A stretch of DNA of 64,000 bases from Alphaproteobacteria bacterium. Lineage in GTDB: Bacteria; Pseudomonadota; Alphaproteobacteria; Rickettsiales; SXRF01. The notes beneath the pieces are model-generated. The model made no database searches and was not told where the DNA came from. It saw only the letters and a program-made list of their open reading frames with translations. The first letter of the stretch is position 1, and every line of letters starts with the position of its first letter. Made by a program: the position numbers and the translations under genes. The stretch spans positions 79 to 64,078 of the forward strand of contig JBDHUC010000008.1 in NCBI GenBank assembly GCA_039808985.1, in the 5' to 3' direction. This document shows, piece by piece, positions 1-8,782 of this stretch.

Positions 1-22
1 TGGATAGTGACAGGTTTAGCAT

Positions 23-1132
23 ATGAAAATTGCTGTGCTTCGTGAACAGGCAGAAGGTGAAAAACGGGTTGCGGCAACGCCCGATTCGGTAAAAAAATAC
101 ATAGCGCTTGACGCTGCCTTAAGCATACAAAGCAATTCCGGCTCCGGAATATCTTTAACCGATGCCGATTATACTGCAGCCGGAGCAGAAATATCCGATG
201 GCTTCAGCGATGCCGATATAGTTTTATGCGTGCGCGCCCCCAGCCCTAAAATAATTTCCGGCATAAAACCTGGCGCGATACTTGTTGGCATGCTTGATCC
301 CTATAGTGGACGCGATGCCCTGGAATTATATAACCAGCAGAAAATCTCAGCTTTTTCGCTGGAACTTTTACCCCGTATTTCCCGCGCCCAATCAATGGAT
401 GTACTTTCATCGCAAAGCAATCTGGCTGGCTACCGCGCTGTGATAGATGCCGTTGCAACACTGGGCAAGGCAGTCCCCATGATGATGACTGCGGCAGGAA
501 CAGTGGCCCCGGCCAAGGTGCTGGTTCTGGGGGCCGGTGTTGCCGGTCTTCAGGCAATAGCAACGGCCAAGCGCCTGGGTGCTGTGGTTTCGGCCTTTGA
601 CGTGCGCCCGGTTGCCAAGGAACAGGTTGAAAGTTTAGGCGCAAAATTTATTGAGGTGGCAGCGCAGGAATCCGCCGAAACCAGCGGCGGCTACGCCAGG
701 GAAATGAGCGAAGATTACAAGCGCAAACAAAGCGAGCTTATAGCCGAAACCATAGTTAAGCAGGATATAGTAATTTCCACGGCGCTGATCCCTGGGCGCC
801 CTGCCCCGGTCCTTATCACTCCGGAAATGGTTGCCAGAATGAAACATGGCTCAGTCATAGTTGATCTGGCGGCAGCAAGCGGCGGCAACTGCCCGCTTAC
901 GGAGATGGACAAAACTGTTATCAAAAACGGCGTTATGCTTATCGGCTACAGCAACATGCCTTCACGCGTTGCAATAGATGCCAGCCAGCTCTATGCGCGC
1001 AATATTTATAATTTTGTTTCGACTTTGCTTATGGAAAAAAACACACTGAATGTAAAATGGGATGACGAGCTTGTTAAAGGTACCCTTCTTACCCATGAAG
1101 GCGCAACAGTGAACCCTGTATTTACAAAATAG
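23..1132 (+). CDS. pntAA: NAD(P) transhydrogenase alpha subunit, part 1 (soluble dI domain)
   Basis: 369-aa ORF with ATG at 23. Alanine dehydrogenase/PNT-type fold with Rossmann motif VLVLGAGVAGLQAIATA. The small membrane alpha-part-2 ORF follows 9 nt downstream, the split arrangement of Rhodospirillum-type transhydrogenases. Confidence 0.9.
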   Translation: MKIAVLREQAEGEKRVAATPDSVKKYIALDAALSIQSNSGSGISLTDADYTAAGAEISDGFSDADIVLCVRAPSPKIISGIKPGAILVGMLDPYSGRDALELYNQQKISAFSLELLPRISRAQSMDVLSSQSNLAGYRAVIDAVATLGKAVPMMMTAAGTVAPAKVLVLGAGVAGLQAIATAKRLGAVVSAFDVRPVAKEQVESLGAKFIEVAAQESAETSGGYAREMSEDYKRKQSELIAETIVKQDIVISTALIPGRPAPVLITPEMVARMKHGSVIVDLAAASGGNCPLTEMDKTVIKNGVMLIGYSNMPSRVAIDASQLYARNIYNFVSTLLMEKNTLNVKWDDELVKGTLLTHEGATVNPVFTK

Positions 1133-1141
1133 CGAGGATAT

Positions 1142-1558
1142 ATGTTTGATAGTGAAATGGTAAACCAGAAGGCCCAGAACCTGGCGCAACAGGCAGCAGA
1201 ACTTGCCGAAGATATAAATGCGCTCAACCTTAAGCTTCAGCATCAGGACAGTATTGACCCTTTCATTTTCGGCCTTACCGTTTTTGTGCTTGCATGTTTT
1301 GTTGGGTATTATGTTGTATGGAAAGTTACTCCGGCGCTGCATACTCCGCTTATGGCTGTTACCAATGCGATTTCCGGGATCATAATAGTTGGCGCCATTA
1401 TAGCGCTTGGCCCTGAAGGTTATGGATTTTCACATCTTGCGGGATTCATCGCGGTTGTGATTGCATCGGTTAATATTTTCGGTGGATTTGTCGTAACCCA
1501 GCGCATGCTTGCAATGTTCCAGAAAAAACAGGTTCCCGCGCAAGATAAAAAGGCGTAG
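1142..1558 (+). CDS. pntAB: NAD(P) transhydrogenase alpha subunit, part 2 (membrane)
   Basis: 138-aa ORF with a soluble leader followed by three hydrophobic helices ([60 protein letters not shown]). It sits directly after pntAA. Confidence 0.85.
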   Translation: MFDSEMVNQKAQNLAQQAAELAEDINALNLKLQHQDSIDPFIFGLTVFVLACFVGYYVVWKVTPALHTPLMAVTNAISGIIIVGAIIALGPEGYGFSHLAGFIAVVIASVNIFGGFVVTQRMLAMFQKKQVPAQDKKA

Positions 1559-1592
1559 GCAAGGCTAGAGCGTTTTCGCTTTAATTATGCCA

Positions 1593-2105
1593 TTATTCCA
1601 TTATCTCATCCGGGTAAACGCCCCAGATAACGGCTTTTTCAATCCATCCTTTGCGCCCACTTACCTGTATGCGGCACCATTGCTTATTACATTCAACCAG
1701 CCGCGCAACAACGGATGGCTCGACTTTTAGCAGCGGCTTTGCATCTTTTTCATGGTCGATGCGCACTATCCTTGCTGTTTTTCCCTTGATGATTATATTG
1801 CGCTTGCCTGCCAGCATGGTTTTATGAACCCAGCCGGTTGTTCCTTCAACATCTCGGATCTTGCGCCACATATCAAATTCTTCAATAACTTCAACCGGCA
1901 TTTCTGCACGCCTGTACACCCAGGATATAGGATAACGCGTTCCGGGGCCGGTGCGTACATTCACCTCATCAGATTTAAGGGAAACAAAGCGGGGAACCGG
2001 CAAACCACTATTGCTGACCCCAGCCGCATATAACCGCATGGGAAATAATGATAAAATGCTGATAATCGCAAAAATTATGGGTTTAGTGCTCATAAAAACT
2101 GTCAT
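1593..2105 (-). CDS. secreted bacterial SH3-domain protein (SH3b / DUF1058-like)
   Basis: 170-aa ORF with an N-terminal signal peptide (IIFAIISILSLFPMRLYAAG). It has two SH3b-like segments (RFVSLKSDEVNVRTGPGTRYPISWVY and ARLVECNKQWCRIQVSGRKGWI). Confidence 0.6.
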   Translation of the reverse strand: MTVFMSTKPIIFAIISILSLFPMRLYAAGVSNSGLPVPRFVSLKSDEVNVRTGPGTRYPISWVYRRAEMPVEVIEEFDMWRKIRDVEGTTGWVHKTMLAGKRNIIIKGKTARIVRIDHEKDAKPLLKVEPSVVARLVECNKQWCRIQVSGRKGWIEKAVIWGVYPDEIME

Positions 2106-2240
2106 ATCAATATCACACTTTTTTGAAAAGATGGTAGTTTATTGTAGTTTAATTAATAACTATTTGCGCTTTTTTAACTTTCGTGATACAGGCGAAGATT
2201 GTCACTATAACAATTATTTTGCAAAATAAGGGAATAAAAT

Positions 2241-3956
2241 ATGCATAAACCTGACAGATTTACACGTAATACACTTTTGCTGGCGTTGTCTACATCCGCC
2301 CTGGTTATGCTCCCTGTAGCTGCTAATGCAGTTGTGGTTTCAGTTCCAAATACCGCACGCCCTGAAAACGTACAGCGCCAATTGCAATATGAAGACAAGC
2401 GCCCTGACGTAAGCGGCGCGCCAATTATTTCAGTCCAGGATCAAAATGGCAAAGAAATAAAAGGCAATGTTACTTTTACCCTTAAATCAGTCCAGTTTGA
2501 CGGCGGAAAAGAGCTGAATGTAAGTGAACTGGGCCAGTTCTACCAGGGCAAGATCGGTAAAAGCATCACCCTTGGCGAACTTAACCAGGTGGCTTCTAAC
2601 ATAACCACCTATTACCGTAACAAAGGCTTCATCCTGACCCGCGCAGTGGTGCCGCCACAGCGTATCAATAGCGGCGCTGTTAAAATTCGCATAATAGAAG
2701 GCTATGTGAGCGATGTGCAGCTAAAAGGCGATGTAGGCAGCGCAAACAGCGTGCTTTACAAATATGCAGAAAAAATCAAGCAGTCAAAGCCGCTTAACGC
2801 AGAAGCCCTTGAGCGTTACCTGCTTCTAATGGAAGATCTCCCAGGGGTGCAGGCGCGTGCGGTTCTACAGCCATCCCCAAATACACCTGGCGCATCGCAG
2901 ATTGTAGTTAATATCACCCGCAGGACGCTTGAAGGCAGCACCGTTCAGGTAAATAACCGGGGCACACGCTTTATGGGCCCAGTGCAGGGAACCGCTATTC
3001 TTGCAGGCAACAACCTGATGAATATGGATGAACAGACCTCTATCCGTGGCATAAACTCTATTTTCTACCCTGACGAGCTTAAATATATTGGCGCGCGCCA
3101 TGAAATGCAGCTTGGCAGCGAGGGAACCAAGCTGGTTCTTGATGGTAATTTCGTTGCAACCAAGCCGGGATATACTCTTGAGCCATTTGACGTTCGCGGT
3201 GAAAACTATACTGTAGACGCCCAGCTTGTGCACCCTGTCCTGCGCAGCCGCCAGAGCAACTGGTTTGTAAATACTGATTTCTCAGTGCAGCGCGCAAGCC
3301 TGAGCGCCCTGGATTCCAACCTGTATCTCGACAACCTCCGCGTCTGGACGGTCGGCAGCTCTTATGATTTTATTGACTCCACAACGGCAGTTAACCGCAT
3401 TGAGGGCGCTGTGTCCAAGGGATTTGACTGGGATGCAGGCAATGATGGCCTGGCCCACTCACGCGCCAACGGCAAGCAGAGCTTCTGGAAAGCTACTGCC
3501 AACGCTACCCGCATCCAGCCTATTTATGGAAAATGGTCGGCACAGCTTGCGGTTGACGGTCAATATTCCAATAACCCGCTTTTTGCCGCCGCTGAGTATA
3601 CCCTTGGCGGACAACAGTTCCTTACCGCTTTCGACCCTGCTGAAGTAAGCGGTGATTCGGGTGTTGCTGGCCGCATGGAGCTGCAATATAACGGAACTTC
3701 CGACATCAAATACTTCCCATCTTACCAGCCTTACGTATTCTATGATTTGGGCAGGGTATGGAACCAGGACGTAATAGGTGCATCAGAGCGTAAAACTGCC
3801 TCCCTCTCCTCAACTGGCGCGGGTATGCGTTTTAACGTAGCTGATTCAGTAACTGGCAGCGGAGAAGTTGCCTTCCCTATCAACCATAAAGTGGCAACCG
3901 CCGGACAGGACGGGGACTCATTAAGGATTTTCTTAAATTTACAATATAGGTATTAA
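2241..3956 (+). CDS. two-partner secretion outer-membrane transporter (ShlB/FhaC/HecB family, TpsB)
   Basis: 571-aa ORF with signal peptide LLLALSTSALVMLPVAANA. It has a POTRA-like N-terminal region and a beta-barrel-like C-terminus ending LNLQYRY. A TPS-domain exoprotein gene lies immediately downstream. Confidence 0.8.
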   Translation: MHKPDRFTRNTLLLALSTSALVMLPVAANAVVVSVPNTARPENVQRQLQYEDKRPDVSGAPIISVQDQNGKEIKGNVTFTLKSVQFDGGKELNVSELGQFYQGKIGKSITLGELNQVASNITTYYRNKGFILTRAVVPPQRINSGAVKIRIIEGYVSDVQLKGDVGSANSVLYKYAEKIKQSKPLNAEALERYLLLMEDLPGVQARAVLQPSPNTPGASQIVVNITRRTLEGSTVQVNNRGTRFMGPVQGTAILAGNNLMNMDEQTSIRGINSIFYPDELKYIGARHEMQLGSEGTKLVLDGNFVATKPGYTLEPFDVRGENYTVDAQLVHPVLRSRQSNWFVNTDFSVQRASLSALDSNLYLDNLRVWTVGSSYDFIDSTTAVNRIEGAVSKGFDWDAGNDGLAHSRANGKQSFWKATANATRIQPIYGKWSAQLAVDGQYSNNPLFAAAEYTLGGQQFLTAFDPAEVSGDSGVAGRMELQYNGTSDIKYFPSYQPYVFYDLGRVWNQDVIGASERKTASLSSTGAGMRFNVADSVTGSGEVAFPINHKVATAGQDGDSLRIFLNLQYRY

Positions 3957-3973
3957 TTTTTGCGAAAAGCCCC

Positions 3974-3993
3974 AGTTTTGCTGTGGCAAAAAC
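3974..3993 (+). promoter_or_regulatory. intercistronic stem-loop between tpsB and tpsA
   Basis: Perfect 8-bp stem AGTTTTGC/GCAAAACT with loop TGTG, 18 nt after the tpsB stop. There is no clear U-tract, so at best it is a partial terminator or RNA-stability element. Confidence 0.25.
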
Positions 3994-4144
3994 TAACGAT
4001 TGTTTAATAAAATTAGTTAATTGTTACTTTTTTGTTAATAACTCTTGACCAAGCAGACGTTTTTCTGTAAAACCAGGAGCTAAAGCAAACAAAAGTTTGG
4101 ATTTTGTTCATATTTTATAAATAAGTTAAAAAAAGGTTAAGATT

Positions 4145-7100
4145 ATGCGTCACTCATCTACGGAAAATGCTCAGAGCTTACTGCCTACCCCTACCAAGAG
4201 GCACGCTAATCTCTCCCTCCTTTTATCAGCCTCGGCTGCCTTCGTTCTTGTTTCGGCAAGCAACGCAAGCGCTAATCCTACTGGCGGCACCGTTGTTTCC
4301 GGCAGCGCCACTATAAACAGCCCAAGCGCAAACAAGCTGGTTGTGAACCAAGCGTCTGACAAGGCAATTATAAACTGGAACAATTTTGACATTGGCACAA
4401 ATGAATGGACCCAATTCGTACAGCCTGGCAGCAATTCTGTTGCCCTCAACCGCGTAACAGATGGCAACCCAACCGAAATACTTGGTAAACTCTCTGCCAA
4501 TGGCAAGCTGATGGTAGTTAACCCTAATGGCGTGTTCTTTGGCGCTAATTCAACCGTTGACGCAGCAGGCCTTATAGCCAGCACTGCTGACATTAAGAAT
4601 GAAGATTTCCTGGCCGGTAAAAATAATTTTTCGATAGCTGGTAAAGCAGACGCCAGCATAATTAACAAAGGCAATATCACTGCTGCTGATGGTGGCCTTG
4701 TAGCGCTTGTTGCTCCAAACGTACGCAATGACGGCATAATCCAGGCCAACCTTGGCACCGTAGCCCTTGCCAGCGCGCAGACCGCAAGCATTGATATGTA
4801 TGGCGACAACCTCTACAGCTTTGCCCTTGACAAGGAAACCACCGCTGCCGCAACCGGCGCGAAAGCTGCTGTTGAAAATAACGGTATAATTTCAGTAGGC
4901 GGCGGCAAAGTGCTGCTTACAGCTAAAGTTGCTAAAGGCGTAGTTGACAACGTAATCAACAATACCGGCATCATCGAAGCGAATTCTGCCCACATGGAAG
5001 GCGGCACAGTTGTGCTTGATGGTGGTGAAGGCAATGTAAACCTCTCCGGCAAGATTGATGCAAGCGGCAAAACCGGCGGCAGCGTGACAGTAACCGGCGG
5101 CAATATACAGCTTGCAAATGCTGATGTTAATGCCAGCGGAACAAATGGTGGCGGGTCAGTTAAAATTGGCGGCGACTATCAGGGCAAAGGCTCTTTGAAG
5201 CATGCTAAAACTGTAAGCGTTGACTCAGCTTCTAAAATCGACGTAAGCGCAACCGATAAAGGCAATGGCGGAACAGCAGTTGTATGGTCGGATGAGGTTA
5301 CCGATTTCAACGGTTCAATCAAAGGAACCGGCGGTGTAAATGGCGGCAATGGCGGACTTGCTGAAGTTTCCTCGAAAGGTGAACTGGGCTATAATGGCGC
5401 AGCGGACCTGCATGCTTATAATGGCGATGCTGGCACCTTGCTCCTGGATCCTAACAGCCTTTTTATCGGTACATGGGGCGACCATTTTATCGGCACCGAC
5501 CATTTCGTAAATTATGCACCGATTGTATCGTCACTTAATGGCGGAACCAATGTAATATCAACTGCGACAAACAATGTAACAGTACTTGCTGACCTTATCT
5601 GGTCAGGTTCAGGCTCTTACACAATAGATGCGGGTCATGATGTACATATCGAATCTGACATCAAGTCATCTTTTGGCGGAACAAACACTCAGGGCGCAAT
5701 AACTGTTAATGCAGGCAATGGCATATATTTGGGTAATGCCGATGTCGCAACTAATAAGGGTGATATAAATACGAACAGTGTTATTATGTCCATGAGTGGC
5801 AGCACCCTTAAAAGCAATGCAAATGTAAACATCAATAACAGCGGCAAGTTCTCAAGCAGCCTGGCTAATGTTATCGAAGGTAAATCAGTAACCCTGCACC
5901 AGAGCCAGAACGGAAGCATACAGAATGCTATAAACGCTGTTGGCCCAACCGGATCTGGCGGCGCATTGCTGCAGCTTGGGGATGGAACATGGGTTGAAAA
6001 TGTGAACATTAACCAGGGGAATTTCACCCTTAAAGGTAACGGTTCTGGCAGCAGCTTTATCCAGGCAACCGGCCCAGCCGCACATGTGGTTAAAGTAGGC
6101 GCAGGGATTAACAATGTTACTGTTTCCGACCTGGCTGTTTCTGGCGGTGATGTTGGAATAGATGTATCGAACAACTCTAAATTTAAACTACAAAATGCAG
6201 ATGTCTCCGGTTCAACTATCGGATTACTCCTTGATTCCACTGTAAAATCTTCAGTTTCAGGAAGCGTTTTCCATAATAGCTTTGCAGGGATTAGTGGTTC
6301 AGGCACCGATTTTGCGAATATCAACAATAATTCATTTTATGATAATCTTTTAGGGATGAGTTTTGATGGTGATACCAACCTTACTATCAAAAACAATCAT
6401 TTCGACAGCAATTTCACAGGAATTTATCTCAATAATGTAATTGGCTCTCCAATAACCGGCAACGAAATGTATTATACTCAATACGGTATTTACGCTAACG
6501 GTGGCCGGTCAATTGTGATTAACGATAACAATATGTATTACGTTAATTACGGTATCACAGGCGTTGATTCAATTGGCATCTCAATTAACCGCAACTATCT
6601 CTATGGCGGCTTTGGCAGCTATGAGTGTGACTGCGAATTAACATTTGCAAAATATGATGATGGCGAAGGTGAAGGCTATGGCATTGGCTCGTACGGCATA
6701 CATGTAACCGGTGGCCTTAACAGCGCTATAACCCGTAACACTGTTGATAATTTCTATACTGGAATTGGCGTTGAAAACAGCAGCAGCAGCACTGTTTCCC
6801 GTAATACTGTACAAAATATTATTGATGACGCTATTTACGTAAATGGCAGCAGCAATAACTTTGTTTACGGCAACACGGTAACTAATGCTACTAACGGCAT
6901 ACATGCTGTTAACAATAACAATACCGATATTGAAGCAAATGATGTAAGTGATACAGATACTGGTGTTCTGGTAGAAAATAATGGCAAAACCTATATCATA
7001 GCCAATAAGCTTCATGATAACGATGACGGCTTAAAAGTTTTCAGCACCGATAATATATTGCACACCAACAATATATACACTGATAACGGTACAGGCGCTT

Positions 7101-7984
7101 CGTTCTTCGATAGCAATAATGCGATACTGACTGGCGATATATTCACCGGAAATAATCTTGGCATCAACCTTGATAACAGCCAGAACACCAAGATCCATGA
7201 AGCTACCATAACCTCATCCGCTGGCGATAATGGCATATTTATTGTAAACGGCTCCGGTGGCACACTGGTTCGTGGCTTAAAAATCACCGGCGGCGATGTT
7301 GGCATTACCTTAGACGGCGCAGGCAGCTCTATGCAGTTTGAAAGTGACACCAGCGTATTTACCGGTCAGGGCAAATATTTCGTGCTCAAGAACAACGCAA
7401 TGTTTGCAAGTGGCTCTACCGCACAGGCTGATTCACTTGATGCAAGCCAGCAGACTTTTGATGGAACCCGCGCAAGCGATTTCACCGAATCGCAGCTTGC
7501 TGATGCGGAATTCATAACCACTGACGTTGAAGACGGTATCCCAACCATAGGTAACGTATTCTACAAAGTGTTCCCAATCATAGCGTTTGCTGGCACTGAT
7601 AGCCTGCTACAGTTCCAGGAATTCCCTTTCACCCCTGGCCTGTTCTCTTACGCTGGCCGCACAATAACCAATGACCCAAGCGTAACCTCGCCTACGTTTG
7701 ATATTCCAAGCCTTAACCTGAGCTTGCTGAGCCAGGGAGCTCCTGGAACTACCACCAACTTCAACCCTGGCCAGCTTGGAAACCTGGCTCCGGCAGCAGG
7801 TGGCAACCCGCAGAATCTTGGCTCGCTTGAACCATCTGCCGGTGGCAATAATGCAAACGGACAGGCGCTGGCTTCCCTTGAACCATCTGCCGGTGGAAAC
7901 CAGCAGAATTGCGGAAACAACTTCCTTGGTTCAGGATTCAGCAATAAGTTTGACAATGCTAGCTGCTCTATTCAACAGCAGTAA
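4145..7984 (+). CDS. two-partner secretion exoprotein (TpsA) with N-terminal TPS/haemagglutination-activity domain and internal PbH1 parallel beta-helix block
   Basis: 1279-aa ORF with an extended signal peptide ending ASNASA. The TPS domain starts at NPTGG (nt 4274) and carries the hallmark NPNG motif (VVNPNGVFFG, nt 4521-4532). The conserved GNGGTAVVWSD...GGNGGLAEVSS...GTLLLDPNSLFIG segment typical of FHA-like exoproteins is present. It is glycine/asparagine-rich throughout. Confidence 0.85.
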   Translation: MRHSSTENAQSLLPTPTKRHANLSLLLSASAAFVLVSASNASANPTGGTVVSGSATINSPSANKLVVNQASDKAIINWNNFDIGTNEWTQFVQPGSNSVALNRVTDGNPTEILGKLSANGKLMVVNPNGVFFGANSTVDAAGLIASTADIKNEDFLAGKNNFSIAGKADASIINKGNITAADGGLVALVAPNVRNDGIIQANLGTVALASAQTASIDMYGDNLYSFALDKETTAAATGAKAAVENNGIISVGGGKVLLTAKVAKGVVDNVINNTGIIEANSAHMEGGTVVLDGGEGNVNLSGKIDASGKTGGSVTVTGGNIQLANADVNASGTNGGGSVKIGGDYQGKGSLKHAKTVSVDSASKIDVSATDKGNGGTAVVWSDEVTDFNGSIKGTGGVNGGNGGLAEVSSKGELGYNGAADLHAYNGDAGTLLLDPNSLFIGTWGDHFIGTDHFVNYAPIVSSLNGGTNVISTATNNVTVLADLIWSGSGSYTIDAGHDVHIESDIKSSFGGTNTQGAITVNAGNGIYLGNADVATNKGDINTNSVIMSMSGSTLKSNANVNINNSGKFSSSLANVIEGKSVTLHQSQNGSIQNAINAVGPTGSGGALLQLGDGTWVENVNINQGNFTLKGNGSGSSFIQATGPAAHVVKVGAGINNVTVSDLAVSGGDVGIDVSNNSKFKLQNADVSGSTIGLLLDSTVKSSVSGSVFHNSFAGISGSGTDFANINNNSFYDNLLGMSFDGDTNLTIKNNHFDSNFTGIYLNNVIGSPITGNEMYYTQYGIYANGGRSIVINDNNMYYVNYGITGVDSIGISINRNYLYGGFGSYECDCELTFAKYDDGEGEGYGIGSYGIHVTGGLNSAITRNTVDNFYTGIGVENSSSSTVSRNTVQNIIDDAIYVNGSSNNFVYGNTVTNATNGIHAVNNNNTDIEANDVSDTDTGVLVENNGKTYIIANKLHDNDDGLKVFSTDNILHTNNIYTDNGTGASFFDSNNAILTGDIFTGNNLGINLDNSQNTKIHEATITSSAGDNGIFIVNGSGGTLVRGLKITGGDVGITLDGAGSSMQFESDTSVFTGQGKYFVLKNNAMFASGSTAQADSLDASQQTFDGTRASDFTESQLADAEFITTDVEDGIPTIGNVFYKVFPIIAFAGTDSLLQFQEFPFTPGLFSYAGRTITNDPSVTSPTFDIPSLNLSLLSQGAPGTTTNFNPGQLGNLAPAAGGNPQNLGSLEPSAGGNNANGQALASLEPSAGGNQQNCGNNFLGSGFSNKFDNASCSIQQQ
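6110..7340 (+). repeat. coding region for about 15-18 PbH1-type (NosD/pectate-lyase-like) right-handed beta-helix turns inside tpsA
   Basis: Degenerate units of about 22-23 aa recur with an N-x-(I/V/F)-x-x-N ... G-I pattern. Examples are NNSFYDNLLGMSF, KNNHFDSNFTGIYL, TGNEMYYTQYGIYA, SRNTVQNIIDDAIYV, YGNTVTNATNGIHA, EANDVSDTDTGVLV, ANKLHDNDDGLKV, TNNIYTDNGTGASF and TGDIFTGNNLGINL. Confidence 0.6.
7770..7905 (+). repeat. 51-nt (17-aa) tandem repeat at the tpsA 3' end
   Basis: The identical 20-mer cttgaaccatctgccggtgg occurs at 7826-7845 and 7877-7896, a 51-nt period. A degenerate third copy lies about 51 nt upstream. The encoded peptides are LAPAAGGNPQN / LEPSAGGNNAN / LEPSAGGNQQN. Confidence 0.8.
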
Positions 7985-7987
7985 ATA

Positions 7988-8782
7988 ATGTCAAAGAAAA
8001 CTACGACTAACAGCAAGCCAGGCGGGGATCCCTCGTCTGGCTTGCCACTTTTATACAGCAAGCCGCATATGCTGGATAGCAAGCGCCATGCGCAGTCTTC
8101 CGTAAGCACCAGGGATAATTTCAGCTTCGCTAAAAAAACTAATTCCCTGCCAATAAACACCATAGAGTTTATCGAGGCGGCAAAAACCTACCCGATAGTT
8201 TTTACAGTTGATGAGAATCCGCTGCCTGTTGCCATAGTCGGCATAGAGAAATATAATTATTTTGTGAAGCCCGATAATACATGGCAGGAAAATGCGTATA
8301 TACCCGGCTATGTACGCCAATACCCGTTCATATTGTTTGAAAATAAAGAACAGGAAAGATTCTACCTATGCGTGGATGAAGCCGCCACGCATTTTAATAA
8401 AGAACCAACCAAAGATGCCGGCTCCAAAGCGCTATACGAAAAAAATGGAAGCCCCAGCGTATTTACTAATAATGCCCTTAAATTCTGCACAACATTTTAT
8501 CAGCATCATTTAATTTCACGCAATTTCTGCGCCGACCTGAAAGAACATAAATTATTACAGCCCTACCAGTCCCAGATAACCCTGGCATCGGGCAGGAAGG
8601 CACAGATTTCCGGATTCCAGATGATCGACGAAAAAGCGCTCAACGCACTGCCTAATAAAACCTACCTCTTATTCCGCGAAAAAGGATGGATACCGTTTAT
8701 CTATCTTGCCCTGGCTTCAACTTCCAACTGGCGAAACCTGATCGCCTTTGAGGCAAAAGCTACAAAACGGGTCGGGAAGTAA
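7988..8782 (+). CDS. SapC-family protein (function unknown)
   Basis: 264-aa ORF whose ATG lies 3 nt after the tpsA stop. The N-terminal pattern PLLYSKPHMLDSKRH...FAKKTNSLPINTIEFIEAAKTYPIVF matches my recollection of the conserved SapC-family N-terminus. No signal peptide is evident. Confidence 0.65.
   Translation: MSKKTTTNSKPGGDPSSGLPLLYSKPHMLDSKRHAQSSVSTRDNFSFAKKTNSLPINTIEFIEAAKTYPIVFTVDENPLPVAIVGIEKYNYFVKPDNTWQENAYIPGYVRQYPFILFENKEQERFYLCVDEAATHFNKEPTKDAGSKALYEKNGSPSVFTNNALKFCTTFYQHHLISRNFCADLKEHKLLQPYQSQITLASGRKAQISGFQMIDEKALNALPNKTYLLFREKGWIPFIYLALASTSNWRNLIAFEAKATKRVGK

Noticed and set aside
4171-6327. Two 212-aa minus-strand ORFs (4171-4809 and 5689-6327) inside tpsA.
   Set aside because: They are antisense to the Gly/Asn/Ala-rich exoprotein gene. 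The plus-strand frame carries the TPS domain and NPNG motif.
4871-6982. Two VENN tetrapeptides in TpsA (nt 4871-4882 and 6971-6982), hinting at a CdiA-type toxin with SapC as immunity protein.
   Set aside because: Both lie inside regular beta-helix repeat context, and repeats continue after them. No pretoxin domain or compact C-terminal toxin domain follows. A 264-aa SapC-family protein is unlike typical small CdiI immunity proteins.
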